DNA of 32,000 nucleotides from Candidatus Saccharimonadota bacterium (GTDB lineage Bacteria; Bacteroidota; Bacteroidia; Cytophagales; Amoebophilaceae): NCBI RefSeq assembly GCF_964030745.1, contig NZ_OZ034918.1, positions 690,001 to 722,000 of the forward strand, read 5' to 3'. Shown piece by piece: positions 23,815 to 32,000 of this stretch (position 1 is its first letter; each line of letters starts with the position of its first letter). The notes under the pieces were generated by a model. It saw only the letters and a program-made list of their open reading frames with translations, ran no database searches and was not told where the DNA came from. The position numbers and the translations under genes were made by a program.

Positions 23815-24921
23815 ATGAAGACTTCTTTTTCAGCTAAAAAACAGGGAAGCGGTGGCTCAACGCTAACTGCCATTCGGGAGTGGCTAAGCTCTGTGTTTTT
23901 TGCCGCTATGGTAGCTGCCTTAATTCGTTGGATGGTGGTTGGGCTATATGTGATACCTTCTGGCTCTATGGAGCCAACCCTATTACCGGGAGATTTTGTG
24001 TTGGTGAGTAAACTACACTATGGTGCCCGTACGCCAGCCACTCCATTACAAATCCCCATTACCCATCAAACCATTCCAGGTACAAAGATTCCCTCTTATA
24101 TTAACTGGATTGAATTGCCTCAATATCGTTTGCCTGGATTCAGCAAAGTCCAACGCAATGATATTATTGTTTTTAATACGCCAGTAGGTCAGGAACCTCC
24201 TGATTTACGTGAATATTGGATAAAGCGTTGCATCGCACTACCTGGTGATCTGGTCCATATAGCCCATAAGCAACTCTATGTTAATAACACGCTAGCTGAT
24301 ACAACAGTTAGCGTGCAGTATTGTTACTTTATGAAGACCAAGCGCATCTTGACAGCTGCTTTTTTTGAAAAAAATGACATTAAAAATCCTATACGATCTA
24401 CTGTTCCTGGTCGTGAAGGCTATACGATTTATACTACACCAGAAAAAGTTAAGCAACTTACTACCATTCTGCCTACTTGCATACAATCGGTAGATCCAGT
24501 AGAAGATCAAGCAGGGGTTTTTCAGTCGAGTATTTATCCTTTTCATCCTACCTTTCACTGGACCAAAGATAATTTTGGCCCAGTGAAGGTGCCTAGCAAA
24601 GGGATGGTTATTCCAATGGATGCACAAAATATTCTATTATATGGCCCGATCATACAAAGATTCGAGGGAAAAAAAGCTGTTCGGTTCACTAAAACCGCAT
24701 GCTGGATAGATGGCAAGGAAGTAACCCACTATACGTTTGCTAAGAATTATTATTTTGCAATGGGAGACAACCGAGACCAGTCTGGTGATTCTAGATTCGT
24801 TGGGTTTATTCCAGAAGACCATATTGTGGGCAAAGCAGTTATGGTCTTGTTGTCTTCAGATAAAAGCAACTCCTTTTTTAGGGGTATTCGTTGGAATAGG
24901 TTGTTCCATATTGTAAATTAG
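23815..24921 (+). CDS. lepB: Signal peptidase I
   Basis: 368 aa with an N-terminal TM segment, IPSGSMEPTLLPGDFVLV (catalytic Ser box), WIKRCIALPGDLV (Lys box) and GDNRDQSGDSRFVGFIPEDHIVGKA. Confidence 0.94.
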   Translation: MKTSFSAKKQGSGGSTLTAIREWLSSVFFAAMVAALIRWMVVGLYVIPSGSMEPTLLPGDFVLVSKLHYGARTPATPLQIPITHQTIPGTKIPSYINWIELPQYRLPGFSKVQRNDIIVFNTPVGQEPPDLREYWIKRCIALPGDLVHIAHKQLYVNNTLADTTVSVQYCYFMKTKRILTAAFFEKNDIKNPIRSTVPGREGYTIYTTPEKVKQLTTILPTCIQSVDPVEDQAGVFQSSIYPFHPTFHWTKDNFGPVKVPSKGMVIPMDAQNILLYGPIIQRFEGKKAVRFTKTACWIDGKEVTHYTFAKNYYFAMGDNRDQSGDSRFVGFIPEDHIVGKAVMVLLSSDKSNSFFRGIRWNRLFHIVN

Positions 24922-24926
24922 CCACG

Positions 24927-25370
24927 AGAAAGCCAAGCTGGCTTGTCGCTTTGGTTCCCATAAAAGGTCAAAGAGGAAAGTCCGGGCAATGCAGAGCACC
25001 CTACTTCCTAACGGGAAGGCATATAGAGGTCCATCTATATGACAGAAAGTGCCACAGAAAATAAACCGCTCTCTGTAATAAGGAGGGTAAGGGTGAAAAG
25101 GTGAGGTAAGGGCTCACCGCTCTATGGGCGACCATTGAGGCAGGGTAAACCTTAGGGATTGAAAGGCCAAATAGGCATGCCTACGTTATAGCGTGACGGG
25201 CTGCTCGTTCGTCATAGGCCTCTTTGACAAGCGATTATAATCGAGTTTCGAAAGAGGTCTAAAGGTATGTGGGTGGGCCGCTAGAGGTCATAAGCGATTA
25301 TGATCCCAGATAAATGACAAGCAGTGTGCTATGGCGCACTACAGAACCCGGCTTATAGGTTTGGTTTTCT
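24927..25370 (+). ncRNA. rnpB: RNase P RNA, bacterial type A
   Basis: Conserved blocks are gaggaaagtccgggc (24972-24986), gtgccacagaaa, gggtaagggtgaaa, gggtaaacc and acagaacccggcttat (25341-25356). P1 forms between agaaagccaag (24927-24937) and tttggttttct (25360-25370). A P18-like hairpin is tcataa-gcga-ttatga. At ~444 nt it is long for type A. Confidence 0.93.
25215..25261. repeat. R1-like palindromic hairpin inside rnpB
   Basis: In taggcctctttgacaagcgattataatcgagtttcgaaagaggtcta the arms form a 10-bp stem. It shares an 18-nt exact match (agtttcgaaagaggtcta) with the R1 copy inside the LolE-like CDS. Confidence 0.7.
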
Positions 25371-25398
25371 TCCTTTTTTTGATCCATTATATTGAAAT

Positions 25399-26871
25399 AT
25401 GACCCCTTTACCTACAAGAGCATCTGATTTTTCTGCTTGGTATAATGAATTAGTAGTACGTGCAGGTTTGGCAGAGCATGCTTCTGTACGAGGCTGTATG
25501 ATTATCAAACCTTATGGTTATGCCATCTGGGAAAAGCTACAAACTATTTTTGATACTGCTTTTAAAGAAACAGGCCATGTAAATGGCTACTTCCCTTTAT
25601 TGATTCCAAAGTCTTACTTCAGTAAGGAAGCGGACCATGTAGAAGGTTTTGCCAAAGAATGTGCCGTGGTGACCCATTACCGCTTAAAAACAGCCGAAGA
25701 TGGCCGTGGTGTGGTAGTCGATCCTGCTGCCAAGCTAGAGGAAGAACTTATTGTGCGTCCCACCTCAGAAGCGATTATATGGAGTACCTATAAGCATTGG
25801 ATTCAATCTTACAGAGACCTTCCTATCTTACTAAACCAGTGGTGCAACGTAGTCCGTTGGGAAATGCGTACGAGGCTCTTTTTACGCACCACAGAGTTTT
25901 TATGGCAAGAGGGCCATACCGCTCATGCTACGCAGGCAGAAGCCGAAACAGAAGCTTTACAAATGTTACATTTGTATGAGCGCATCATTAGAGATTATAT
26001 GGCTATACCTTTAATAAAAGGTACTAAAACCCTAAATGAGCGTTTTGCTGGTGCGGAGACAACCTATACCATTGAGGCCCTTATGCAGGATGGCAAAGCC
26101 CTTCAGGCCGGCACTTCCCATTACCTAGGTCAGCGGTTTGCCAAAGCCTTTGATGTCACCTTTACCAATCAAGCCGGTATGCGTGATTATGTATGGGGTA
26201 CTTCTTGGGGCATTACGACACGACTCATGGGTGCATTGATTATGATCCATTCCGATGATGACGGGTTGGTACTGCCTCCTAAAATTGCTCCTATACAGGT
26301 AGTGATGGTTCCGATTTATAAAACAGAGACAGAGCGTGCCGCAGTAGTGGCTCAATTGGTTGATTTGCAAAAATTATTGATTACTCAAGAGGTTCGTGTA
26401 AAGTTAGATGATAGTGATACCCGTAAGCCAGGTTATAAATTTGCAGCATATGAACAAAAGGGCGTTCCCATTCGCATAGCGTTGGGGCCTAATGATTTGA
26501 AAAACAAAACGGTTGAATTGGCTCGTAGGGATACAAAGGAGAAAATAACCATTCCTATGGATCATTTGGTCCAACAAGTGATAGATTGGTTAGAAACCAT
26601 TCAGAACCAAATCTATCAGCGGGCCCTTACCGCACACCAACAGCGCACCTTATTAGTGGATGATTATGCTACCTTTAAAAAGCTTATTGCTAGTACAGGG
26701 GGCTTTTTAATGGCCCATTGGGATGGTACTACCGAAACAGAAGAAAAAATTAAAGCGGAAACAAAAGCCACCATTCGTTGCATACCATTAGATGGAAACC
26801 AGGAGCCAGGCTATTGTATCTATTCAGGGAAACCCTCCAAAGGGCGAGTGGTTTTTGCACAGGCTTATTAA
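25399..26871 (+). CDS. proS: Proline--tRNA ligase (archaeal/eukaryote-like short type)
   Basis: 490 aa with [40 protein letters not shown] and a C-terminal ..GRVVFAQAY. The length and motifs fit the class II ProRS lacking the bacterial insertion domain. Confidence 0.95.
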   Translation: MTPLPTRASDFSAWYNELVVRAGLAEHASVRGCMIIKPYGYAIWEKLQTIFDTAFKETGHVNGYFPLLIPKSYFSKEADHVEGFAKECAVVTHYRLKTAEDGRGVVVDPAAKLEEELIVRPTSEAIIWSTYKHWIQSYRDLPILLNQWCNVVRWEMRTRLFLRTTEFLWQEGHTAHATQAEAETEALQMLHLYERIIRDYMAIPLIKGTKTLNERFAGAETTYTIEALMQDGKALQAGTSHYLGQRFAKAFDVTFTNQAGMRDYVWGTSWGITTRLMGALIMIHSDDDGLVLPPKIAPIQVVMVPIYKTETERAAVVAQLVDLQKLLITQEVRVKLDDSDTRKPGYKFAAYEQKGVPIRIALGPNDLKNKTVELARRDTKEKITIPMDHLVQQVIDWLETIQNQIYQRALTAHQQRTLLVDDYATFKKLIASTGGFLMAHWDGTTETEEKIKAETKATIRCIPLDGNQEPGYCIYSGKPSKGRVVFAQAY

Positions 26872-26880
26872 GTTCCCTCT

Positions 26881-28263
26881 ATGTTATCGTTTCAGACCAT
26901 TTGCTGGATTGGATTTGTTGCAAGTCGGGTTAGGAAACGTAGTCGTGGTACTTTTACTGCTTCGATAGATAAAATAGTTACTTTAAGCATTGCCATAGGT
27001 ACCGCGACTATATTAATCGCATTAATGGTAATGTTTGGATTTCAGAAAGAAATTACAAAAAAAATAACCGCTTTTGCTGGAGACTTTGAAATTACCAAAT
27101 ATAGCGGTATCCAGCATGCGTATGAGCCCCCACCTCTACAAGCTTCCCAAGTAGGTTGTCTGATTGCTGAATTACCTAATGCCATTGAAAAAGTAGCTGC
27201 ATTTACGCAAAAGCTTATGCTCATTAGACCGCTTTCAAGAGCTATTTATGATCAGCAATTTTTAGGAGAAGCGCAGTCGAGCATCGCAGCATACTCAGGT
27301 ATATTTGAGGAGCATAGAGCAGTCCCCAAATTGCCATTAGCAGCCAAGTTTCGAAAGAGGTCTACGCATACAAGTGTAGCGGTAGAGGGCATATTATGCA
27401 AGGGGATCGACCCTAGGGCAGCCCATATAACACTAGAAGATTATCTGATAGCAGGTAGGCTGCCTGATCTAACCAAGGAGACCGCTCAAAATGAGCTATG
27501 TATTAGCCATCACCTGGCCCAAAAATGTTCCATTCAGTTGAGCGATACAGTTGTGGTCCATACGGTCCATCCTACTGCACGCTACCGCAAGTTAAAAGTT
27601 GTAGGCATCTACTGCACCTATTTAAGCGATATAGATGAACATTTGGCTTTTTGTGATATGCGCCTGCTACAACGGTTGAATAATTGGTCTGTAGAAACCG
27701 TAAATGGATATACCATTTTTTTGAAAGATGGTATGAGGCCAACCAAACCATTACGCGACACTATTTTGCGTCTTATAGACCATGATTTACGCCTGATGAG
27801 CACCTCGCGTCAGTATGCTCGTTTTTATGATTGGTTGGCGATTATTGAGAAAAATACAACGATTTTTATTGTTTTTATACTATTGGTGGCAGGGTGCACA
27901 ATGGTGGCTACCGTTATGATTCAACTGATGGAGCGTAGTTATATGGTGGGTGTCTTAAAGGTTTTGGGTGCCCATAATGGACAAGTGAATGCCATCTTGC
28001 TCTATAATAGCCTACGTACTTTATCTTTGGGAATGCTATATGGCAATATAGTTGGGATCGGGTTGTGTCATTTACAAGATCACTATCGGTGTGTTACACT
28101 TGAACCAGCCCTTTACTACATGCGTTACGTGCCCATTTATAGCCATTGGCAAGTCATTTTATTTCCCAATCTATTGATATTTGGCAGCCTTTCTATTGGG
28201 TTATACTTTGCACTTAAAGTGTTAAAGCAAAAAAAACTTGTCGCTGCATTGCATGAGGGGTAA
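26881..28263 (+). CDS. LolC/LolE-type (MacB/FtsX family) ABC transporter permease carrying an in-frame repeat insertion
   Basis: 460 aa. The N-terminal TM is followed by a periplasmic domain. The C-terminal FtsX region has IFIVFILLVAGCTMVATVMIQLMERSYMVGVLKVLGAHNGQV plus two more TM segments. It is ~46 aa longer than expected because of the R1 copy at 27225-27364. Confidence 0.85.
   Translation: MLSFQTICWIGFVASRVRKRSRGTFTASIDKIVTLSIAIGTATILIALMVMFGFQKEITKKITAFAGDFEITKYSGIQHAYEPPPLQASQVGCLIAELPNAIEKVAAFTQKLMLIRPLSRAIYDQQFLGEAQSSIAAYSGIFEEHRAVPKLPLAAKFRKRSTHTSVAVEGILCKGIDPRAAHITLEDYLIAGRLPDLTKETAQNELCISHHLAQKCSIQLSDTVVVHTVHPTARYRKLKVVGIYCTYLSDIDEHLAFCDMRLLQRLNNWSVETVNGYTIFLKDGMRPTKPLRDTILRLIDHDLRLMSTSRQYARFYDWLAIIEKNTTIFIVFILLVAGCTMVATVMIQLMERSYMVGVLKVLGAHNGQVNAILLYNSLRTLSLGMLYGNIVGIGLCHLQDHYRCVTLEPALYYMRYVPIYSHWQVILFPNLLIFGSLSIGLYFALKVLKQKKLVAALHEG
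27225..27364 (+). mobile_element. R1 MITE-like element copy e, inserted in-frame in the LolE-like CDS
   Basis: tagaccgctttcaagagctatttatgatcagcaatttttaggagaagcgcagtcgagcatcgcagcatactcaggtatatttgaggagcatagagcagtccccaaattgccattagcagccaagtttcgaaagaggtcta aligns along its length with 2990-3134. It is bounded by TA on both sides. The element plus one TA is 138 nt (46 codons), translated as PLSRAIYDQQFLGEAQSSIAAYSGIFEEHRAVPKLPLAAKFRKRS. Confidence 0.88.
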
Positions 28264-28296
28264 GGGCTTATACTATTTTTTTCTTGATAAAACATT

Positions 28297-29301
28297 ATGC
28301 ATCATCCATTAACCATTTTGGGTATTGAATCCTCTTGTGACGAGACAGCTGCTGCTGTAATCCATGATGGCAAGATCATTAGCAATGTAGTCATGAGCCA
28401 ATTGATCCATCAAAAATATGGTGGCGTTGTCCCAGAGCTTGCCTCAAGAGCCCATGAAACCAATATTATTCCTGTTGTAACCGCTGCGCTAGAAGAAGCA
28501 GCCATCCAAAAGGATGCATTAGATGGCATTGGATTTACACAAGGTCCAGGATTATTGGGTCCACTTTTAGTGGGCAGTTGCTTTGCCAAATCGTTGGCCT
28601 TTGCATTGGGCATACCGCTTATAGGTGTTCACCATATTCAAGCACATGTATTGGCCAATTTTATCGATGATCCAAAGCCAAATTTCCCTTTTCTCTGCTT
28701 GACCGTTAGTGGAGGGCATACCCAAATTATCCTAGTGCAGGATTATTTCTCTATGGAGGTTTTAGGAGAAACCCAAGATGATGCTGTAGGAGAGGCCTTT
28801 GATAAAATCGCTCATTTAATGGGTTTTGGCTATCCAGGCGGTGCGTTAATAGATCGCTATGCTCAAGGGGGTAATCCTGGAGCTTTTGCTTTTCCAACTA
28901 CCCATATGCCCGCTTTTGATTTTTCATTTAGTGGCATTAAAACCGCTTTTTCTCTTTTTATCCGCAGTAAGACCCCTGAATATATGCAAACCCATCGGGC
29001 TGATATTTGTGCCAGTATTCAATCCGTTCTGGTGGGCATGTTATTGGATAAGTTGGTCAAGGTGGCTCAAAAGACCGGTATTACTACCATTGCATTGGCA
29101 GGAGGTGTAGCGGCTAATAGCCATTTACAGCAGCGCTTTAATCAATTGGCTCAGCAGCATCGTTGGACTATTTTTATACCAGCTATGGCCTATTGTACAG
29201 ATAATGCCGCTATGGTAGCCATTACAGCTTATTATAAATATCAGCTAAACGCATTTGCTGATTTCACTACCAAATCTTTCCCCAGGTATCCGCTTAGATA
29301 A
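28297..29301 (+). CDS. tsaD: tRNA N6-adenosine threonylcarbamoyltransferase TsaD
   Basis: 334 aa with ILGIESSCDETAAAV, GVHHIQAHV, SGGHTQI and GEAFDK motifs of the Kae1/TsaD family. Confidence 0.95.
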   Translation: MHHPLTILGIESSCDETAAAVIHDGKIISNVVMSQLIHQKYGGVVPELASRAHETNIIPVVTAALEEAAIQKDALDGIGFTQGPGLLGPLLVGSCFAKSLAFALGIPLIGVHHIQAHVLANFIDDPKPNFPFLCLTVSGGHTQIILVQDYFSMEVLGETQDDAVGEAFDKIAHLMGFGYPGGALIDRYAQGGNPGAFAFPTTHMPAFDFSFSGIKTAFSLFIRSKTPEYMQTHRADICASIQSVLVGMLLDKLVKVAQKTGITTIALAGGVAANSHLQQRFNQLAQQHRWTIFIPAMAYCTDNAAMVAITAYYKYQLNAFADFTTKSFPRYPLR

Positions 29302-29321
29302 GCCATTTTTAGGCTATTTTT

Positions 29322-29403
29322 GTATCCATTCATCACTATGGCTAGGTTTTTCTAAAAAAGCAAATGGCTAACCAGTTGCTAGCCGAGCGTCCCCTTCGAT
29401 AAA
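29322..29403 (-). repeat. R3-related repeat copy
   Basis: gtatccattcatcactatggctaggtttttctaaaaaagcaaatggctaaccagttgctagccgagcgtccccttcgataaa is the reverse-complement counterpart of 6775-6856. Confidence 0.8.
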
Positions 29404-29810
29404 TTATTTTTTATCAGGGCATGCTCCCTGCGCATATACTTTAGCTGCTTTAACCAATCAGTTGTTTTAATGAAAAAAATTTTGTACTCTATTCATACAT
29501 ATTATATGATTTTAACAGATGCAAATGGTTTAAGGTAAAATTTTTTTCGTAAAAAAATTCCGTTGTTTTTTGAAAGTTAAGCATAGTTTGAAAGATAGGA
29601 TGATCCATTATTTTTTGGCTTTAGTGTTGCTCTATTTTGGCGAGCTATTTACTTCCATTCTTTTCAAGGGTTGATTCATATAAGTGGATGCCGTGGCTTA
29701 GGGGCTTATTATGACCGATCTCACCAAGTGCATCTATTGGTTTGAGATCTATCTTTGATTTTAATGCTTATGTGCAATCAGTAACAAATAGATCTTTATT
29801 ATAAGCTCTT

Positions 29811-30974
29811 ATGTTCTTTTTTTGCTATTTATTTTTGTCATGCTTTATATACGGCTGTAGTCACATAGTCAGATTTAATCATAACCAGGGCATGGCGGTG
29901 CATGTAATATGCTATGATTCTGATTCTATAAGTGGAGAAGCCTCATTTTCTGATTCCTATTATGAATCACTTGCTTCTACTAACCACTCTACAAACAATA
30001 GGTCAGATAACAAAAGGGGTACTTCACCTCATGTTAGCGCTGGGGGGGAGGCTGTAAATCTTGTAGCATTTTTGCAGAATGTATATAAATGCAGGCATAA
30101 CAAGCTAGTAATTACAATAGGTCGTTTTGTGGATACACTTTCAATTATACAAATACACGATTTGTCTGCAGATAGCTCATTGCATAGCGTATCTGGAGAT
30201 ACCCCATTCCATATTGCAGCCAGAGTTTGCAATAAAGAGATTTTTGAAGAGCTTCTAAAGAAATTAGAGGGTTTAGCGCTTTCGGCAGGTGTTCACTCAA
30301 ATGAAGTGATATATAACGTTTTAAGTATAAAAAATAATGATGGTCTTACTGTGGCTGATGTTGCAAAACAAAATGGTGCTATAGTTATTCTTGAAGTGTG
30401 CAAGAAATATGGTGTATCACCAGATATTATACGTATTGCTTGGCAAACTGTTGTCGCGCATCCAGATGTAGTTGAAGATTTAGAGGATATATCTGATAAA
30501 GAGCAATGTGATCAATATAAAATGGCTCAAGAGAAGGCTATCAAATTATGCTACGTTGTGTGCGCTACATTAGCTACGCCTCACTCCATAGATAGCCATA
30601 TGAATCACTCAACACATAATAGCACATTAGTGGATCAAACTAGATATGCTACACTTGCTACTGCAATCAGCAATAATGATCTAGATACTATTAAAGGATG
30701 CTTAAATAATCTTGATGCACAAGAATATATAAATCAAGTCTATGTTAGAAAGCATGGTCAAGCATATGCTCCATTTGAGCTTGCAGTCATAGAGTCTCGA
30801 GACAATATTCTCAAATGGTTCTTGAGTTTTCATACGAAAGATTTACCTATTCAATCAGTAGCGATTGCTTATGAATGGGCACTTGCTTTTTCTTGTGAAT
30901 ATAAAAAATATGAACGTGTGGCTAATATTTTAGGAAAATTCTTAGCATCTAGTAAATTTCGTATGTCATGGTAG
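29811..30974 (+). CDS. Ankyrin-repeat-containing putative lipoprotein or effector
   Basis: 387 aa. The N-terminus is MFFFCYLFLSCFIYGC (hydrophobic leader ending in Cys). ANK-like units include GDTPFHIAARVCNKEIFEELLKK and NNDGLTVADVAKQNGAIVILEVCKKYG, with a weaker one at YAPFELAVIESRDNILKWFL. The start codon choice is uncertain. Confidence 0.65.
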   Translation: MFFFCYLFLSCFIYGCSHIVRFNHNQGMAVHVICYDSDSISGEASFSDSYYESLASTNHSTNNRSDNKRGTSPHVSAGGEAVNLVAFLQNVYKCRHNKLVITIGRFVDTLSIIQIHDLSADSSLHSVSGDTPFHIAARVCNKEIFEELLKKLEGLALSAGVHSNEVIYNVLSIKNNDGLTVADVAKQNGAIVILEVCKKYGVSPDIIRIAWQTVVAHPDVVEDLEDISDKEQCDQYKMAQEKAIKLCYVVCATLATPHSIDSHMNHSTHNSTLVDQTRYATLATAISNNDLDTIKGCLNNLDAQEYINQVYVRKHGQAYAPFELAVIESRDNILKWFLSFHTKDLPIQSVAIAYEWALAFSCEYKKYERVANILGKFLASSKFRMSW

Positions 30975-31270
30975 AAAATAAGAAGTTTTTTGTATGTTAT
31001 CTGCTGGCATTAGCTCTATCAGTTGGGTGTAATATAGCTCAGAGGAATCTAATGTCTGGTGGGATGGATATGGGTATATCTCTTTCTATTCGTCTTACGA
31101 AAAAGCTCAAAACGGTTTATAAGGAGGTTTATGATAAAAAGATTAAAGATGTTGAAACTAGCATAGGTCATGCTGACTGTATTACACACAATGGGACTAG
31201 CGAGCATATAGGTGCTAAAGCCAAGGTAGTTAGAAGTCTTAGCAGTCAAAAAAAGATATATGAGGTGTAG
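30968..31270 (+). CDS. Small putative lipoprotein, start overlapping the upstream stop
   Basis: 100 aa. MVENKKFFVCYLLALALSVGCNIA has a good lipobox (LSVGC). Its ATG at 30968 overlaps the TAG of the ANK gene (atgtcatggtag), suggesting coupling. I recognise no homology. Confidence 0.5.
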   Translation: MVENKKFFVCYLLALALSVGCNIAQRNLMSGGMDMGISLSIRLTKKLKTVYKEVYDKKIKDVETSIGHADCITHNGTSEHIGAKAKVVRSLSSQKKIYEV

Positions 31271-31329
31271 TAGTTGATATTTAATCTGACATTTATTAAT
31301 TTGTGTTGATATAAATACCGACTACTATT

Positions 31330-32000
31330 ATGAATTTACATCAAAAAATCATCAAGCCGAAAGTAGGCTTATTGGAGCTAGCAAAAACGTTGGGGAACAT
31401 TTCATCGGCGTGTAAAACTATGGGTTATAGTAGAGATAGCTATTATCGCTTCAAAGCCTTGTATGAAACAGGCGGTCAAGAGGCTTTACAAGAGATAAGC
31501 CGTAGGAAGCCGATTATGGCTAATAGAGTAGATCCTAGTATAGAAAAAGCAGTAGTAGATATGGCGATAGATTATCCAGCCTATGGCCAGCTTAGAGTAT
31601 CTAATGAACTAAAGCAACAAGGTATCCTGGTCTCTCCTGGCGGTGTCAGGTCTATCTGGTTACGTAATGACTTAAATAATATAAAAAAACGTCTTAAAGC
31701 CTTAGAAGCTAAAATGGCTCAAGATGGCCTTGTTTTAACGGAATCTCAGCTATCCGCATTAGAAAAACGTAAGCATGAACAAGAAGCATGTGGAGAAATA
31801 GATACAGAACACCCTGGTTATTTAGGCTGTCAAGATACTTATTACGTTGGTAACTTTAAAGGGATAGGTAAGGTTTATACGCAAGTATTTATAGATAGTT
31901 ATTCTCGGGTAGCTCATGCAAAACTCTATACTGATAAGACAGCCTTGACAGCTGCTGATATGTTAAATGATAGAGTATTGCCTTGGTATCAAGAACAAAG
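31330..32000 (+). CDS. IS481-family (rve/DDE) transposase, N-terminal ~223 codons; continues beyond the window
   Basis: The frame stays open from the ATG at 31330 to the window end: [61 protein letters not shown]...[41 protein letters not shown]. This is an HTH followed by the start of an integrase-core domain, as in IS481-type transposases. It is not in the ORF track because it has no stop in the window. Confidence 0.8.
   Translation, partial: MNLHQKIIKPKVGLLELAKTLGNISSACKTMGYSRDSYYRFKALYETGGQEALQEISRRKPIMANRVDPSIEKAVVDMAIDYPAYGQLRVSNELKQQGILVSPGGVRSIWLRNDLNNIKKRLKALEAKMAQDGLVLTESQLSALEKRKHEQEACGEIDTEHPGYLGCQDTYYVGNFKGIGKVYTQVFIDSYSRVAHAKLYTDKTALTAADMLNDRVLPWYQEQ

Noticed and set aside
26881-28263. 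LolE-like gene as a pseudogene disrupted by a mobile element
   Set aside because: The insertion adds exactly 46 codons without a stop or frameshift. The FtsX domain downstream remains in frame and looks intact.

Overview
AT-rich chromosomal segment that reads like a Bacteroidota obligate intracellular symbiont, Amoebophilus/Cardinium-like. That assignment is an inference from an NTT-type ATP/ADP translocase, an ankyrin-repeat gene, the rplM-rpsI-rpsB-tsf gene order and a heavy IS/MITE load. No database search was possible. Housekeeping backbone: rplM (partial), rpsI, rpsB, tsf, mnmA, dnaK, an M23 peptidase plus MerR regulator, lipA, an ABC-F ATPase, lepB, rnpB (RNase P RNA), proS, a LolE/FtsX-type permease and tsaD. 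Accessory content: an IS110-family element (about 4985-6592), a partial IS481-family transposase at the right edge, an NTT nucleotide transporter, a membrane-anchored MutS-domain-V ATPase, and three orphan putative lipoprotein or effector genes (7303-8658, 29811-30974, 30968-31270). Roughly 3 kb of the window is a mosaic of short inverted-repeat (MITE-like) elements, here named R1-R5. They fill almost every long intergenic spacer, nest inside each other with visible 8-bp target duplications, supply stop codons to two genes, sit in-frame inside the LolE-like CDS and appear inside rnpB. The main leads are four. (1) The 451-aa repeat protein carries reiterated E-x-I-Y-E-S-I-D motifs like the phosphotyrosine motifs of translocated effectors. 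(2) A 1191-aa protein fuses a sodium:solute symporter to degenerate histidine-kinase-like and RelA/SpoT-HD-like domains. (3) The palindromic-element system colonises coding and RNA genes, as Rickettsia RPEs do. (4) The IS110 element has a roughly 250-nt 5' leader that could encode a bridge-type guide RNA. No CRISPR array, tRNA, rRNA or recognisable defence operon was found.
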